DNA from: Alphaproteobacteria bacterium
GTDB taxonomy: Bacteria; Pseudomonadota; Alphaproteobacteria; Micropepsales; Micropepsaceae
NCBI GenBank assembly: GCA_021325375.1
Contig: JAJPHG010000033.1
Span: 230 to 64,229 of the forward strand
DNA: 64,000 nt
Direction of reading: 5' to 3'
In this document: positions 34,956-47,620 of the stretch, piece by piece
Numbering within the stretch: position 1 is the first letter of the stretch
How the letters are laid out: the number at the start of each line of letters is the position of its first letter
Made by a program: the position numbers and the translations under genes
The notes under the pieces: model-generated
Database searches by the model: none
What the model saw: the letters and a program-made list of their open reading frames with translations, nothing else
Told to the model about the DNA's origin: nothing

Positions 34956-37041
34956 GCGCGAAGAGGGCGATGAGATGGCTGCGCAGCCACGCGGCCGCGC
35001 GGTCACGCCATGTCGGATTGAACACGATCTCGGCCTTGTAGAACGACGGACAGAGCACGTCGGCATGACTGATCTCGCCGCACAGCCCGCAGCCGACGCA
35101 GGAATTGTCGACATGGGCGACCGGATCGGTCTTCAAAGGATCGGGATTGGGCTTGATGGTGAGAGAAGGGCATCCCGAAAGCCGGATGCAGGCGTGATCG
35201 CCGGTGCAGGTCGCGGGGTCCACGCCGAAGCGTTCGCGCACCATGCGCTTGCCGTCCTTGACCGCCTTGGCGAAGAGCGGACGGGTGCGGCGCTGCTTGT
35301 TGAGCATGCATTCGGACTGCGCGATGACGAGTTTGGGGCCTTTCTCCTTCGTGGTGAGCGCCTCCCTCAGCACGTCCTGCATACGCTTGACGTCATAGGT
35401 GTCGTCGACCGAACGCACCCAGCTCACGCCTATGCCGCGCGCCGCCGTCTCGATGGCATGCTTGGTGCTGCGGTTCTTGTTGTCGGCGGCGGAGGAGAGC
35501 AGGTCCTGTCCGCCCGTCGCCGCGGAGTAGCCGTTGTCGACGACGATGGTCAAATTGTCGTCGCGGTTGAACACCGCGTTGCCGATACCGCTTGTCAGCC
35601 CGTTGTGCCAGAAACCGCCGTCGCCCATCACCGCGATCGCCCGCTTGCCGTCGCTGCGCTTGAACGCCGAGGCGCCCGCCGTGCCGAGCCCATAGCCCAT
35701 CGTTGTGTTGCCGATGTTGAAGGGGGGCAGGATCGAGAACAGGTGGCAGCCGATGTCGGCGCTGACGTGATGCTGGCCGAGTTCCCGCTGGACGAGCTTC
35801 ATCGCCGTGAACAGCGGCCGCTCCGGACAGCCGGTGCAGAACCCCGCCGGCCGCTGCGGCACTTCCCTGGCGAGCGCGGCGAGGTCGTTCGGCGCTGTCG
35901 CGGCGGCCGGCATGCCGCCCCACTGCGCCAGGAACTTCGTCACGCCGTCGCCCACCGCTTGCGCCGTGTACTCGCCCGCGCGTGGCAGAACCTCTTTGCC
36001 CACGATGCGCGTGTTGAGGTCGGCGCGGCGCAGGATCGTGTTGAGCTCGTGCTCGATGAACTCGGGCTGGCCTTCCTCGACAATGAGCACGGCGCGTTTG
36101 CCGGCGCAGAAGTCGCGCACCTCGTCGGGGATCAGGGGATAGGTGACGTTGAGCACATAGACCGGAAGCTTGGTGTTGCCGAAGCTGTCCGACAGGTCCT
36201 TCAGCTCCAGCGCGCGGTTGAGCGTGTTGAACAGGCCGCCCTGGACGATGATGCCGATGTCGCCACCGTCAGGCCCGAAGCGCTCGTTGAGCTTGTTCTC
36301 GGCGACGAACTTGATCGCGGCGGGCCAGCGCTGCTCGATCTTCTCGCGCTCGTGCAGGAAGTTCGCGGGCGGCAGCACGATGCGCTCGGTGTCGCGCACG
36401 GGATTGTCGGCCGCGTCGCGCACGGTGAAGCGCGGGCGGACGTTGTCCTTGGCCTGGAATCGCCCGTGCAGGTGGCAGGCGCGCACGCGCAGCTCCAGCA
36501 TCACCGGCGTGTGCGAGGCTTCCGAGAGCTGAAAACCTTTCTCGACCATGTTCACGATGGAGGGCAGGTTGGGGCGGGGATCGAGCAGCCACATCTGCGA
36601 TTTCATCGCGAAGGCGTGGCCGCGCTCCTGCATGATCGAGGAGCCCTCGCCGTAGTCCTCGCCCACGATCACCAGCACCCCGCCGGTCACGCCGCCCGAC
36701 GCGACGTTGGACAGCGCGTCGGAAGCGACGTTCGTGCCCACGACCGACTTCCACGCGACCGCGCCGCGCAGGGGATAGTTGACCGACGCCGCGAGCATCG
36801 CGGCGGCGGCGGCTTCGCTCGCGCTCTGCTCGAAATGCACGTCGAGCTCGGCGAGCAGGTCGTTGGCGTCGGAGAAGACGTCGATCAGATGTGAGATCGG
36901 CGAGCCCTGATAGCCGCCGACATAGGCTACGCCCGATTGGAGCAGCGCCTTGGTGACGGCGAGGATGCCTTCGCCGCGGAATTCCTCACCCGCGCCGATG
37001 CGCAGCTGTTCGACTTCGGCCTTGAAGGACCGTTCGGCCAT
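34948..37041 (-). CDS. iorA: Indolepyruvate:ferredoxin oxidoreductase alpha-subunit family protein
   Basis: [33 protein letters not shown] motif; C-terminal CTGDHAC / CVGCGLC ferredoxin motifs. Confidence 0.92.
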   Translation of the reverse strand: MAERSFKAEVEQLRIGAGEEFRGEGILAVTKALLQSGVAYVGGYQGSPISHLIDVFSDANDLLAELDVHFEQSASEAAAAAMLAASVNYPLRGAVAWKSVVGTNVASDALSNVASGGVTGGVLVIVGEDYGEGSSIMQERGHAFAMKSQMWLLDPRPNLPSIVNMVEKGFQLSEASHTPVMLELRVRACHLHGRFQAKDNVRPRFTVRDAADNPVRDTERIVLPPANFLHEREKIEQRWPAAIKFVAENKLNERFGPDGGDIGIIVQGGLFNTLNRALELKDLSDSFGNTKLPVYVLNVTYPLIPDEVRDFCAGKRAVLIVEEGQPEFIEHELNTILRRADLNTRIVGKEVLPRAGEYTAQAVGDGVTKFLAQWGGMPAAATAPNDLAALAREVPQRPAGFCTGCPERPLFTAMKLVQRELGQHHVSADIGCHLFSILPPFNIGNTTMGYGLGTAGASAFKRSDGKRAIAVMGDGGFWHNGLTSGIGNAVFNRDDNLTIVVDNGYSAATGGQDLLSSAADNKNRSTKHAIETAARGIGVSWVRSVDDTYDVKRMQDVLREALTTKEKGPKLVIAQSECMLNKQRRTRPLFAKAVKDGKRMVRERFGVDPATCTGDHACIRLSGCPSLTIKPNPDPLKTDPVAHVDNSCVGCGLCGEISHADVLCPSFYKAEIVFNPTWRDRAAAWLRSHLIALFAHG

Positions 37042-37042
37042 G

Positions 37043-37819
37043 TCAGCCTTCGATGAGCGCCAGCACGCGCAACGGGCTGCCGGAGCCGTTCTTGATCTTG
37101 AGGGGGGCTGCGAACACTACCGCGCCCGTCGGCGGAAGCTGGTCGAGATTGGCGAGGCATTGCAACCCATAGCGTCCCGCGCCGTGGAACAGCGTGTGCG
37201 CTGGGTATTGCGGATCGAGCAGATGCGCCTGGCCCGCGTCGGTGCCGATGGTCTCGGTGCCGAAGCCGTGCGCGTCGCGCTCCTCGACCAGGAAGCGCAC
37301 GGCCTCCGGCGACGGTCCCGGCGTATGCGCGCCGTCGTTGCCGCGATTGGTATAGGCATCGCCCGTGCGCTTAGACCAGTCGGTGCGCATCAAGATCCAC
37401 GAGCGCGGCGGTATCTTGCCGTGCTGCTTCTCCCAATCGTCGAGGTCCATGTTGGAGAGCAGGAAGTCGGGGTTGTCGGCGCTCTGCTTCGAGCAGTCGA
37501 TCACCACCGCCGGCGCGATGAAGTCTTTCGGCACCATCATGTCGAGCGTGTTGTTCTTGAGGTCCTTGCCCGTCACCCAATGCACCGGCGCGTCGAAATG
37601 CGTGCCGGTGTGCTCGCCGACCGAGAAATTGTTCCAGTACCAGGCGACGCCGCGCTCGTCATAATGCGAGATCTCCTCCATCTTGAAGGGTGCGCATTGG
37701 CCGAAAGGCGGCGGCAGGACCAGGGTCGGCGTCTCGGAGCTCAGCGTCTGGGTGAGGTCGACCGCCCGAATGGAGCCGGAGGAAACCGCGGCCGCCAAGG
37801 CCTTGAGTGTGCCCGTCAT
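37043..37819 (-). CDS. Cyclase-family metallohydrolase (isatin hydrolase/kynurenine formamidase-like)
   Basis: [22 protein letters not shown] (HxGTHxDxPxH); [11 protein letters not shown]; GSGSPLR. Confidence 0.9.
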   Translation of the reverse strand: MTGTLKALAAAVSSGSIRAVDLTQTLSSETPTLVLPPPFGQCAPFKMEEISHYDERGVAWYWNNFSVGEHTGTHFDAPVHWVTGKDLKNNTLDMMVPKDFIAPAVVIDCSKQSADNPDFLLSNMDLDDWEKQHGKIPPRSWILMRTDWSKRTGDAYTNRGNDGAHTPGPSPEAVRFLVEERDAHGFGTETIGTDAGQAHLLDPQYPAHTLFHGAGRYGLQCLANLDQLPPTGAVVFAAPLKIKNGSGSPLRVLALIEG

Positions 37820-37887
37820 TTCGTCCTCGAAAGGTGCTCTTGCGGAAGCGAGTTTGGCGCGGTGGGGCCGGGAATGCAACGAGGTAT

Positions 37888-37914
37888 TTCAGGCTTGAAT
37901 ATTTCATGCATAAA
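37888..37914. promoter_or_regulatory. Tandem palindromic operator candidates between the divergent cyclase and monooxygenase operons
   Basis: TTCA-GGCT-TGAA (37888) and TTCA-TGCA-TAAA (37903), 15-nt period, in an AT-rich patch. Confidence 0.55.
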
Positions 37915-37948
37915 GTATATCGTGCATCGTCGTTTCGAGGCCGTTTCC

Positions 37949-40219
37949 ATGAAGATCGCCTGCATCGGCGCGAGTCCGGGAGGGCTCTATTTCGCGATCT
38001 CGATGAAGCTGCGCGCCCCCGATTGCGAGGTCGTGGTGTTCGAGCGCAACCGGCCGGGCGACACGTTCGGCTGGGGCGTCGTCTTCTCCGACCAGACGAT
38101 GGAGAACCTCAAATCCAACGATCCCATAAGCGCGCGCAGCATGATCGACGAGCTCGCCCATTGGGACGACATCGACGTGCATGTGAACGGCGCTAAGATC
38201 ACCTCGAGCGGTCACGGCTTCATCGGCATCGGCCGCAAGCGGTTGCTCCAGATTCTCCTGGCGCGCGCCCGCGAGCTCGGCGTGGTGATGAAATTCGAGA
38301 CGGAGGTCGAGCCGGACTCCGCGATCTTGAAGGACTTCGACCTCGTCATCGCCTCCGACGGCATCAACAGCAAGTTCCGCGCGGCGCATGCGCCCGCCTA
38401 CAAGGCCGAGATCGAGACCCGCGCCAACCACTTCATCTGGTACGGCACGCATCAGCGCTTCGACGCGTTCAACTTCATCTTCAAGAAGACGGAAGCCGGT
38501 TGGATCTGGGCACACGCCTATCAGTTCGACAAGGACACCGCGACCTTCATCGTCGAATGCGGGCCGGAGACCTTCGCCAAGTTCGGCTTCGGCGAGATGA
38601 GCCAGGCCGAATCCAGCCGCGTCTGCGAGGAAATCTTCAAGGATCATCTGGGCGGCCACGAATTGATGACCAACGCGGCGCATGTGCGCGGCTCGGCTTG
38701 GCTCCAGTTCCGCCGCGTGCTTTGCAGCAATTGGCGGCGCGGCAACGTCATCTTGCTCGGCGACGCCGCGCACACGGCGCATTTCTCCATCGGCTCGGGC
38801 ACCAAGCTGGCACTCGAGGACGCGATCGAGCTTGCGAAGGTGCTGAGCGATCCCGCGCTCGATTTCGAAGCGGCGCTCGCACGCTACTATGACACGCGCC
38901 AGCTTGAGGCGCTCAAGCTGCAGAGTGCCGCGCGCAACTCGACGGAATGGTTCGAGCAGGTCGAGCGCTATCTGGGCTTCGAGCCACTGCAATTCGCCTA
39001 TTCGCTGCTCACCCGCAGCCAGCGCGTCAGCCACGAGAACCTGCGCCTGCGCGACCCGGCATGGCTCGAGGGCGTGGAAACCTGGTTCTCCGGCCGCGCC
39101 ATCGCGCCGATGTTCGCGCCGTTCAGACTGCGCGCCATGGAGCTCGCCAACCGCATCGTCGTCTCGCCGATGGCGATGTATTCCGCCGTCGACGGCGTAC
39201 CGACGGATTTCCATCTCGTGCATTACGGCGCGCGCGCGCTCGGCGGCGCGGGGCTCGTCTATACCGAGATGACCTGCGTCTCGCCGCAGGGGCGGATCAC
39301 GCCCGCCTGTCCCGGCCTGTGGAACGACGCGCAGGAGGCGATGTGGACGCGCATCGCGGCGTTCGTGCACGAATACTCGAAAGCGAAGATATGCCTGCAG
39401 CTCGGCCATAGCGGGGCGAAGGGCTCGACGCGCGTGCCGTGGGAGGGCATGGACCGTCCGCTGGAGAGCGGCAACTGGCCTCTCATCGCGCCGTCCGATG
39501 TCGCATGGACCGAGGAGAACGCCGTGCCCGCGCCGATGACGCGCGCCGACATGGACAAGATCCTCGACGATTTCGTTGAGGCCACGCGCCGCGCCGAGCA
39601 CGCGGGTTTCGACATGATCGAGCTGCATTGCGCGCATGGTTATCTGCTCTCCGCCTTCATCAGCCCGACGCAGAACAGGCGTCGCGACGAGTACGGCGGA
39701 GCGCTTCAGAACCGTCTGCGCTTCCCGCTGGAGGTCTTCCGCGCGATGCGCGCGGTTTGGCCGAAAGAGAAGCCCATGTCGGTGCGTATCTCCGCGCATG
39801 ACTGGGCGGGCGAGGAGAACGTGACGCCGAAGGAGGCGGTCGAGATCGCGCGCGCGTTCGTCGCGGCCGGCGTCGATATCGTCGACGTGTCGTCGGGGCA
39901 GGTGACCAAGGCCGAGAAGCCGGTCTACGGCCGCATGTTCCAGACGCCGTTCTCCGACCGCATCAGGAACGAGCTCGGCGTGCCGACCATGGCGGTCGGC
40001 AATATCTACGAGATCGACCACGTGAACTCGATTTTGGCCGCGGGCCGCGCCGATCTCTGCGCGCTGGCGCGGCCGCATCAGATGGATCCGAACTGGACGC
40101 TGCGCGCCGCCGCCGAGCAGAAGCATGCGGAACCACCCGTACCGGTGCAGTATCAAAGCGGCTATCGACAGCTTTCGATCAACCTGGAAAGGGCCGGTCA
40201 GATGGCGATGCTGGCGTGA
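37949..40219 (+). CDS. Bifunctional anthraniloyl-CoA/salicylyl-CoA monooxygenase-reductase (AbmA-like)
   Basis: [15 protein letters not shown] motif, [27 protein letters not shown]; C-terminal OYE domain ([17 protein letters not shown]). Confidence 0.92.
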   Translation: MKIACIGASPGGLYFAISMKLRAPDCEVVVFERNRPGDTFGWGVVFSDQTMENLKSNDPISARSMIDELAHWDDIDVHVNGAKITSSGHGFIGIGRKRLLQILLARARELGVVMKFETEVEPDSAILKDFDLVIASDGINSKFRAAHAPAYKAEIETRANHFIWYGTHQRFDAFNFIFKKTEAGWIWAHAYQFDKDTATFIVECGPETFAKFGFGEMSQAESSRVCEEIFKDHLGGHELMTNAAHVRGSAWLQFRRVLCSNWRRGNVILLGDAAHTAHFSIGSGTKLALEDAIELAKVLSDPALDFEAALARYYDTRQLEALKLQSAARNSTEWFEQVERYLGFEPLQFAYSLLTRSQRVSHENLRLRDPAWLEGVETWFSGRAIAPMFAPFRLRAMELANRIVVSPMAMYSAVDGVPTDFHLVHYGARALGGAGLVYTEMTCVSPQGRITPACPGLWNDAQEAMWTRIAAFVHEYSKAKICLQLGHSGAKGSTRVPWEGMDRPLESGNWPLIAPSDVAWTEENAVPAPMTRADMDKILDDFVEATRRAEHAGFDMIELHCAHGYLLSAFISPTQNRRRDEYGGALQNRLRFPLEVFRAMRAVWPKEKPMSVRISAHDWAGEENVTPKEAVEIARAFVAAGVDIVDVSSGQVTKAEKPVYGRMFQTPFSDRIRNELGVPTMAVGNIYEIDHVNSILAAGRADLCALARPHQMDPNWTLRAAAEQKHAEPPVPVQYQSGYRQLSINLERAGQMAMLA

Positions 40220-40938
40220 CGCGCGCGATCGTCACCGGAGGCGGAAGCGGCATCGGGCTGGCCGTCGCGCAGCGCCTGAAGGGGCTCGGCCACGAGGTCA
40301 CGATCCTCGGCCGCAGCCAGGCGAAGCTGGACGCAGCCGGCTTTCGCGCCTTCGTCTGCGACGTCGCGGACCGCGCCGGCGTGCGCCGCGCGATGGCGCA
40401 GGCGGGCGCGGCCGACATCGTCGTCAACGCCGCGGGCATCGTGCGCAGCGCCCCGTTCCTGAAGCTCTCCGACGCGGACTGGTCGGATATGTGGGGCACC
40501 AACCTGATGGGCGCGGTGCATGTCATCCATGAAGCGCTGCCCGGCATGCGTGAACGCAACGCAGGTCGCATCGTCAACATCGCAAGTACCGCATCGCTCA
40601 AGGGTTATGCCTATGTGTCCGCCTATGTCGCGAGCAAACATGCGCTTCTGGGACTCACGCGATCGCTGGCCCTCGAATTCGCCAAGACCGGCATCACGAT
40701 CAATGCGGTGTGCCCCGGCTACACCGACACCGACATCGTGCGCGATGCCGTCGCCAATATCGCGGCCAAGACCAAGCGCAGCGAAGCCGAGGCACGTGCC
40801 GAGCTCGCGAGCGCCAATCCGCAGGGCCGCCTGATCGACCCGGAGGAGGTCGCGGACGTCGTCGCCTGGCTCGTATCGGACGAGGCGCATTCCATCACCG
40901 GCCAGGCGATCGCGGTCGCGGGCGGCGAGGTGATGTGA
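40216..40938 (+). CDS. Short-chain dehydrogenase/reductase
   Basis: [18 protein letters not shown] (YxxxK), NAVCPG. Confidence 0.92.
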   Translation: MTRAIVTGGGSGIGLAVAQRLKGLGHEVTILGRSQAKLDAAGFRAFVCDVADRAGVRRAMAQAGAADIVVNAAGIVRSAPFLKLSDADWSDMWGTNLMGAVHVIHEALPGMRERNAGRIVNIASTASLKGYAYVSAYVASKHALLGLTRSLALEFAKTGITINAVCPGYTDTDIVRDAVANIAAKTKRSEAEARAELASANPQGRLIDPEEVADVVAWLVSDEAHSITGQAIAVAGGEVM

Positions 40939-41389
40939 TGAACGACGCGCCGCACGCGAAACAGTCGCTGAGGCTGTGGTTGCGCCTTCTGACCTGCACG
41001 ACGTCCATCGAAAAGAAGGCGCGCGCGATGCTGAATGCGCGCTTCGGCACCACGCTTCCGCGCTTCGACGTGCTCGCGGCGCTGGAGCGTGAGCCCGACG
41101 GCCTCACCATGAGCGCGCTGTCAGAGCTCCTGCTCGTCTCCAACGGCAACGTCACGCCCATCGTCTCGCGCCTGGTCGAGGACGGGCTCGTCACGCGCAC
41201 CCAGGACAAGGCCGACCGCCGCGTGCTGCGCGTCAAGCTCACCGCGAAGGGCCGGCGCGATTTCCGCGCCATGGCGGGCGAGCACGAGCGCTGGATCGAC
41301 CGCCTTCTCGCCGACCTCGCCGAACCTGAAATCTCCCAGCTGCTCGCGGGCCTCGCCCGCCTGCGCACCTCCATCGAAAGGAGCGGATT

Positions 41390-41393
<4 letters not shown>
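40938..41393 (+). CDS. MarR family transcriptional regulator
   Basis: [33 protein letters not shown]....DRR. Confidence 0.92.
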
Positions 41394-42208
<815 letters not shown>

Positions 42209-42210
42209 CC

Positions 42211-42603
42211 ATGCGCACGCTGCAACCGGCGGATTGGGCGCGCCCGCGCGGCTATGCCAACGGCGTCGAGGCGCGCGGACGGACGGTCTTCGTCGCGGGT
42301 CAGATCGGCTGGGACAAGGATCAGCGCTTCCAGGCCAAGGACTTCGCCGGCCAGTTCGAGCAGGCCTTGCTCAATATCGTCGCCGTCTTGCGCGAGGCCG
42401 GCGCGGGCCCCGAGCACGTCGTGCGACTCACCTGGTTCATTACCGACAAACGTGCCTATCTCGCGGATGCCAAGCGCATCGGCGAAATCTACCGCCGCGT
42501 GATGGGCCGCAACTTTCCCACGATGTCGGTGGTGCAGGTCGTCGCGCTGGTCGAGGACGAGGCCCTTGTCGAGATCGAAGCGACGGCCGTGGTGGAGGGC
42601 TAG
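42211..42603 (+). CDS. RidA family protein
   Basis: PRGYANGV, FVAGQIG and LVEIEATA motifs. Confidence 0.92.
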   Translation: MRTLQPADWARPRGYANGVEARGRTVFVAGQIGWDKDQRFQAKDFAGQFEQALLNIVAVLREAGAGPEHVVRLTWFITDKRAYLADAKRIGEIYRRVMGRNFPTMSVVQVVALVEDEALVEIEATAVVEG

Positions 42604-43196
42604 CCGATCTCCCCCTTCGCAAGCCCGTCCAGGAAAAGCGTCGCCGCGAGCGTCGCGATGCGCTCCGGCGCGGTGGGACCGCGCGGGTCGAGCCAGGTAT
42701 GCGTCCAGTTGATCATGCCGAAATAGAGCATGACGGCGGGGCGGCTCATGCGCTTTGCCAGCGTGGGGCGAATTTCGACGAGCAGCTCCTCGACGATCGC
42801 GATCAGGCGGCGCTGGACCTGCACCACCGCCTCGCGCCGTTTGGGCGGCAGGCGGGCGAGCTCGTTGAGCAGGACCTTATGGCGGGCGGCGGCGCCGACA
42901 TAGAGCCGCATGAATTCCTGCGTCAGCGCGTGAAGCTTGGTGGTGGGCGCGAGCGCTTCGGCGGTCACGCGCTCGGCTGCGTCCAGCAGCGCACGCACGT
43001 GGCTGTGCATCACGTCGAAGAGGATGTCCTCCTTCGAGGGATAATAGTGATAGATGAGCGATTTCGACGTCTTGCAGGCGCGCGCGAGATCGGCGATCGA
43101 TGCGCCCAGAAAGCCCTGCGCGGCATAGAGCCGCGCGGCCTGTTCGAGGATGGCGTCGCGCCGCTGCTCGAAATCGGCCGCCTGTTTTCGTGCCAT
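42600..43196 (-). CDS. TetR family regulator, likely PaaR-type
   Basis: HTH ASIADLARAC..SKSLIYHYYPSKEDIL; PaaR-like palindrome in its upstream region. Confidence 0.85.
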   Translation of the reverse strand: MARKQAADFEQRRDAILEQAARLYAAQGFLGASIADLARACKTSKSLIYHYYPSKEDILFDVMHSHVRALLDAAERVTAEALAPTTKLHALTQEFMRLYVGAAARHKVLLNELARLPPKRREAVVQVQRRLIAIVEELLVEIRPTLAKRMSRPAVMLYFGMINWTHTWLDPRGPTAPERIATLAATLFLDGLAKGEIG

Positions 43197-43220
43197 CTGA
43201 CGCGCTTCGCTTGATTGCCG

Positions 43221-43234
43221 ACCGTCCGTTCGGT
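43221..43234. promoter_or_regulatory. PaaR-like operator (ACCGA-N4-TCGGT type)
   Basis: ACCGT-CCGT-TCGGT between the divergent TetR and E1 genes. Confidence 0.6.
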
Positions 43235-43273
43235 TAATTTAACACAGGTCCGCGCGCAAGAAAGAGAGAAGCG

Positions 43274-45331
43274 GTGTCTGCGACAGCCTTATCCACCGGC
43301 CGCGCGGCCGATCCCGGTTTCGACTGGAAGCGGGTCGCCTCGTTCGTGCTGCTCTCGCGCGCGCTCGACGCGATCGAGGAGACGCGCCTCGTTCCCGAAA
43401 AGAAGGTCTTCTACCAGTTCTCCGCGCGCGGCCACGATCTCGCGCAGATCGTCCTGGGAATGCAGCTGACGCACAGGCACGACGCGATCTGCGGCTACTA
43501 CCGTTCGCGGCCCGTGCTGCTGACGCTCGGCGTCGATCCGGCGGATGCGCTCGGCTCCAGCATGGCGCGCGCCGGCGGCTATTCGGACGGGCGCGACATC
43601 GGCGCGGTGTTCAACTATCCCAACGCCCACGGACCGTCGGCGCTGCCGATGTGCGGCGGCGTGGGCGCGCAATACACGCCGACGGCGGGCTGGGCGCAAG
43701 CGCTCGAATACCGGCGCACGGTGCTGGGCGAGAAGGAGTATGACGGCGCCATCGGCGTCGTGCTCGGCGGCGACGCGTCGGTCGCGACCAACGGTTTCTG
43801 GTCCGCTCTCACCATGGCGACGACGCTGAAGCTGCCGATGCTCTTCTATATCGAGGACAACGGCTACGGCATCTCTGTCCCGTCCGACTTCCAGACGCCG
43901 GGCGCCGACATCGCGGCCAACCTCGCGAGCTTCAGGGACCTGCATGTGCTCTCCGGCGACGGCACCGAGCCGCAAGAGGCGGCCGCGCTGATCAGGGACG
44001 CGGTGACGCATGTGCGCGGACGCAAGGGTCCCTGCCTGCTGCGCCTCACGGTGCCGCGTCTCGAAGGTCATTCTTTCCAGGACACGCAAGCCTACAAGTC
44101 CAAGGCGACCGTCGATTCCGAATGGGCGCGCGATCCTGTGCCGAAGCTGCGAAAGCTTCTGGACGAGCGCGATTGGAACCAACTCGCCGCCGAAGCCGAG
44201 GCCACGGCCGACGATGCCCGTGCCCGCGCCGAAGCGCGCGAGATCGCCGATCCTTCCGGAATCACGCGCCATGTCTTTTTCGACGGCGAGGCGCTGCAGA
44301 AAAAAGGTGGTCAGTGGAGCCAAGGCTATGCGCCGCCGCCTTCGACCGACGCGCCGGTGACCAGCGGCCAGCGCATCAACATGGTCACCGCGATCCGCCG
44401 CACGCTCGAGCATGAGCTCGCGGTCAATCCCAAGCTGCTCGTCTTCGGAGAGGATGTAGGGCCGAAGGGCGGCGTACACGCGGTGACGTTGGGGCTGCAG
44501 GAGAAGTTCGGCGCCGAGCGCGTCTTCGACACGTCGCTGTCGGAAGAAGGCATCATCGGCCGCGCGGTCGGCATGGCGCTCGCGGGTCTCGTGCCGGTCC
44601 CGGAGATCCAGTTCCGCAAATACGCCGATCCGGCCTGCGAGCAGCTCAACGATTGCGGCACGATGCGCTGGCGCACCAACAACCGCTTCGCCGCGCCCAT
44701 CGTGGTGCGCATTCCCGGCGGCTTCTTCAAATGCGGCGATCCCTGGCACAGCCAGACCAACGAGGTGCAGTTCGTCCATTCGCCGGGGTGGAAGGTCGCG
44801 GTGCCGTCGAACGCGGAGGACGCGGCCGGCCTGTTGCGCGCAGCGCTGCGCGGCAACGATCCGGTGATCTTCTTCGAGCATCGCGCGATGCTGGACGCGC
44901 CGTCGGCGCGGCGCCCCTGGCCGGGCGACGACTTCGTGCTGCCGTTCGGAAGCGCGCGTACGGTGCGCGAAGGGCATGACATCACTCTGGTCACGTGGGG
45001 CGCGATGGTCGAGCGCTGCGAGGAAGCGGCGGAGGGCCTCTCGGCCGAGATCCTGGACCTGCGCACGCTCATGCCATGGGACCGCGAGGGCGTGCTCGCC
45101 TCGGTCCGGCGCACGCGGCGCTGCCTGATCGTGCACGAGGATTCGATCAGCGCTGGCTTCGGCGCCGAGGTCGCAGCGACGGTGGCGCAGGAGGCATTCT
45201 TCGATCTCGACGCGCCGGTGTCACGGCTTGCGATGCCCGACATCCCAAGTCCGCACAATCCCGTTCTGATGGAAGCGGCGCTGCCGTCGGTGGAAGGCAT
45301 CCGCGCCCGCATCGAAGAGTTGATCGGCTGA
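43274..45331 (+). CDS. 2-oxoacid dehydrogenase E1, fused alpha+beta subunits
   Basis: TPP motif GDAS...IEDN; FGEDVG, LSEEGI, PEIQF and IFFEHR motifs. Confidence 0.9.
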   Translation: MSATALSTGRAADPGFDWKRVASFVLLSRALDAIEETRLVPEKKVFYQFSARGHDLAQIVLGMQLTHRHDAICGYYRSRPVLLTLGVDPADALGSSMARAGGYSDGRDIGAVFNYPNAHGPSALPMCGGVGAQYTPTAGWAQALEYRRTVLGEKEYDGAIGVVLGGDASVATNGFWSALTMATTLKLPMLFYIEDNGYGISVPSDFQTPGADIAANLASFRDLHVLSGDGTEPQEAAALIRDAVTHVRGRKGPCLLRLTVPRLEGHSFQDTQAYKSKATVDSEWARDPVPKLRKLLDERDWNQLAAEAEATADDARARAEAREIADPSGITRHVFFDGEALQKKGGQWSQGYAPPPSTDAPVTSGQRINMVTAIRRTLEHELAVNPKLLVFGEDVGPKGGVHAVTLGLQEKFGAERVFDTSLSEEGIIGRAVGMALAGLVPVPEIQFRKYADPACEQLNDCGTMRWRTNNRFAAPIVVRIPGGFFKCGDPWHSQTNEVQFVHSPGWKVAVPSNAEDAAGLLRAALRGNDPVIFFEHRAMLDAPSARRPWPGDDFVLPFGSARTVREGHDITLVTWGAMVERCEEAAEGLSAEILDLRTLMPWDREGVLASVRRTRRCLIVHEDSISAGFGAEVAATVAQEAFFDLDAPVSRLAMPDIPSPHNPVLMEAALPSVEGIRARIEELIG

Positions 45332-46455
45332 TGGATATCGTCGCGCCCACCGAGCAGGAAGGCACCAAGTCTGTCCTCAAGACCTGGCTCAAGAAGATCG
45401 GCGATCCCGTGCGCACCGATGAGCCGATCGTCGAGCTCGAGACCGACAAGGTCGCCGTCGAGATCGCGGCGCCCGGCGACGGCGTGCTCGCCGAGATCCT
45501 GATAGAGCCTGACAGCGACGTGGAACCCGGCACGGTGCTCGGCCGCATCGCCCAAGGCGCGGCCGCATCCGTCGACAAGGCGATGGATCAGGCGGCCGCG
45601 CTGCCCACCGCGCCGCGCGCGAAACCGGCCGCGGCCGTGAGCCAGCTTCCGCCCGGCATCCGCAAGATGCTTGCCGATGCGGGTCTCTCCGAAAGCGACG
45701 TGCCGGTGAGCGGCGCACGCCTGACGCGTGAGGACGTCGAGGCCGAGATCGCACGACGCGCGACCGCGCCTGCCGACGGCGTGACGCGCGTGCCACATGA
45801 CTCCTTGCGCCGTCGCATCGCCGAGCACATGACGCAGTCGGTCACCGTCGCGCCGCACGTCACCGCCGTCTTCGAGGCCGATTTCACGCGGCTTGCCGCG
45901 CACCGTGCCGCCCACAAGGCGGAGTTCGAGGCCAAGGGCGTGAACCTGACCTATACGGCCTATTTCGCGCATGCCGGCGCGGCCGCGATGGAGGCCGCGC
46001 CGGCGGTCAATGGCCGCTGGTTCGACGACCGCGTCGAGATCTATCACGACGTCAACATCGGCATCGGCACCGCGCTCGGCGACAAGGGGCTCGTCGTTCC
46101 CGTCATCCATCGCGTGCAGACGCTGTCGCTGTTCGAGATCGCGCAAGCCCTGCAGACGCTCACCGCGAACGCGCGCGCGGGAAAGCTCGCGCCGGCCAAC
46201 GTGCGCGGCGGCACGTTCTCGATCTCCAACCACGGCACGTCGGGCTCGCTGCTCGCCTCGCCGATCATCATCAACCAGCCGCAATCGGCGATCCTGGGGG
46301 TAGGAAAGCTCGAGAATCGCGCGGTGGTGCGCGACGGCAGGGTCGAGATTCGCCCGATGGCTTACGTCACGCTTACCATCGACCACCGCATCCTCGACGG
46401 CCACCAGACCAACGCGTGGCTCACCCGCTTCGTATCGCTATTGGAAGCGTGGTGA
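45331..46455 (+). CDS. Dihydrolipoamide acyltransferase E2
   Basis: Lipoyl motif ELETDKV; GGTFSISNHG; catalytic TIDHRILDG; TGATG coupling. Confidence 0.92.
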   Translation: MDIVAPTEQEGTKSVLKTWLKKIGDPVRTDEPIVELETDKVAVEIAAPGDGVLAEILIEPDSDVEPGTVLGRIAQGAAASVDKAMDQAAALPTAPRAKPAAAVSQLPPGIRKMLADAGLSESDVPVSGARLTREDVEAEIARRATAPADGVTRVPHDSLRRRIAEHMTQSVTVAPHVTAVFEADFTRLAAHRAAHKAEFEAKGVNLTYTAYFAHAGAAAMEAAPAVNGRWFDDRVEIYHDVNIGIGTALGDKGLVVPVIHRVQTLSLFEIAQALQTLTANARAGKLAPANVRGGTFSISNHGTSGSLLASPIIINQPQSAILGVGKLENRAVVRDGRVEIRPMAYVTLTIDHRILDGHQTNAWLTRFVSLLEAW

Positions 46456-47620
46456 AGCCGCGGAAGCGCGCGCGCCGGGCGCGCAACGGCGGCCCCACGA
46501 GCGCGTAATCGGGGAAGCGCTTCAAGAAGCCTTCCAGCGCGATCGTCGCTTCCATGCGCGCCAGATTCATCCCGGCGCATTGATGCGGGCCCGCGGCGAA
46601 GGCGAGGTGCGGATTTGGCCTGCGCGCGGCGTCGAAGCGGTCGGGACCTTCGAAGACGGCCGCGTCGCGGTTGGCGGCACCGATGCCCAAGGTGACGAAG
46701 GTGCCTTCGGCGATCTCGACGCCGCCGACCTCGCAATCACGGACGGCGAGCCGGTTGCCGAGCTGGTTGGAGCTTTCATAGCGCAGCACCTCCTCGATCG
46801 CGCTGCGCAACAGCGCGGGATCGTCGAGCACGCGGCGGCGTTCGTCCGGGAAGCGCGCGAACAACTCGAGCGCGTTGCCGATCAAGTTCGTCGTCGTCTC
46901 ATGACCGGCGTTGAGCAGGAAAACGCAGTTCTCGACGAGCTCGTCGTCCGACAGCGGCTCCTCGCTTGCGATGAGACGCGTGAGCACGTCGCGCGCGGAA
47001 TCGCCCGGTCTCATGCGGCGCTCGGCGATCAGGCCGCGAAGATAGGCATGGAATTCGGCCAGCGCCCGTTCTCCCTGCGCGAAGGCTTCGCTGGACAATA
47101 CGGGTTCGAGCGCGCCCAGGATCGCGAGCGACCAGTTGCGCAGCGGCGCGCGGTCCGCGTCCGGCACGAGCAGCAGGTCACCGATGACCTCGACGGGGAT
47201 GGCGGCGGCGAAGTCGGCGATGCCGTCGATCGTCTGCCTTTCGGAGGCGTCGTCGAGCAGGCGATCGACGAGCGCCGCGAGCTTCGGCCCCAACGGCGCC
47301 AGTGCGCGCGGGATCAGGGCACCCAGGATCGTGCGGCGCACGCGCGCGTGGTATGGCGCATCGTTGAACACCAGGCTCGTCGTGTGATGGCGGAAGAGGC
47401 GCGAGGTGGCGCCGTATTTCGTGCCGAACTCCCGTCTCTTGTCGGAGCTGAACGTCGCGGTATCGTGGTAGACGCGCGCCAGATCGGCGTGGTGGCTCAG
47501 GAAAACGCCACCGCCGGGAAGACGCTTCACCGGCTCATGCTCGCGCAAGAGCCGGTAGGTCGGATAGGGATCGTCATAGAACGAATCCGGCAGGCACGCG
47601 AGGTCGAACGCGACGCTCAT
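46421..47620 (-). CDS. Cytochrome P450
   Basis: I-helix AGHETT, EEVLR (ExxR), heme motif FAAGPHQCAG; start MSVAFDL at 47620. Confidence 0.93.
   Translation of the reverse strand: MSVAFDLACLPDSFYDDPYPTYRLLREHEPVKRLPGGGVFLSHHADLARVYHDTATFSSDKRREFGTKYGATSRLFRHHTTSLVFNDAPYHARVRRTILGALIPRALAPLGPKLAALVDRLLDDASERQTIDGIADFAAAIPVEVIGDLLLVPDADRAPLRNWSLAILGALEPVLSSEAFAQGERALAEFHAYLRGLIAERRMRPGDSARDVLTRLIASEEPLSDDELVENCVFLLNAGHETTTNLIGNALELFARFPDERRRVLDDPALLRSAIEEVLRYESSNQLGNRLAVRDCEVGGVEIAEGTFVTLGIGAANRDAAVFEGPDRFDAARRPNPHLAFAAGPHQCAGMNLARMEATIALEGFLKRFPDYALVGPPLRARRARFRGFTTLPIAIRSG

Noticed and set aside
36950-37948. 1089-aa fusion suggested by ORF 36950-40219
   Set aside because: The upstream 333 codons are the antisense of the cyclase gene; the real start is MKIACIG at 37949
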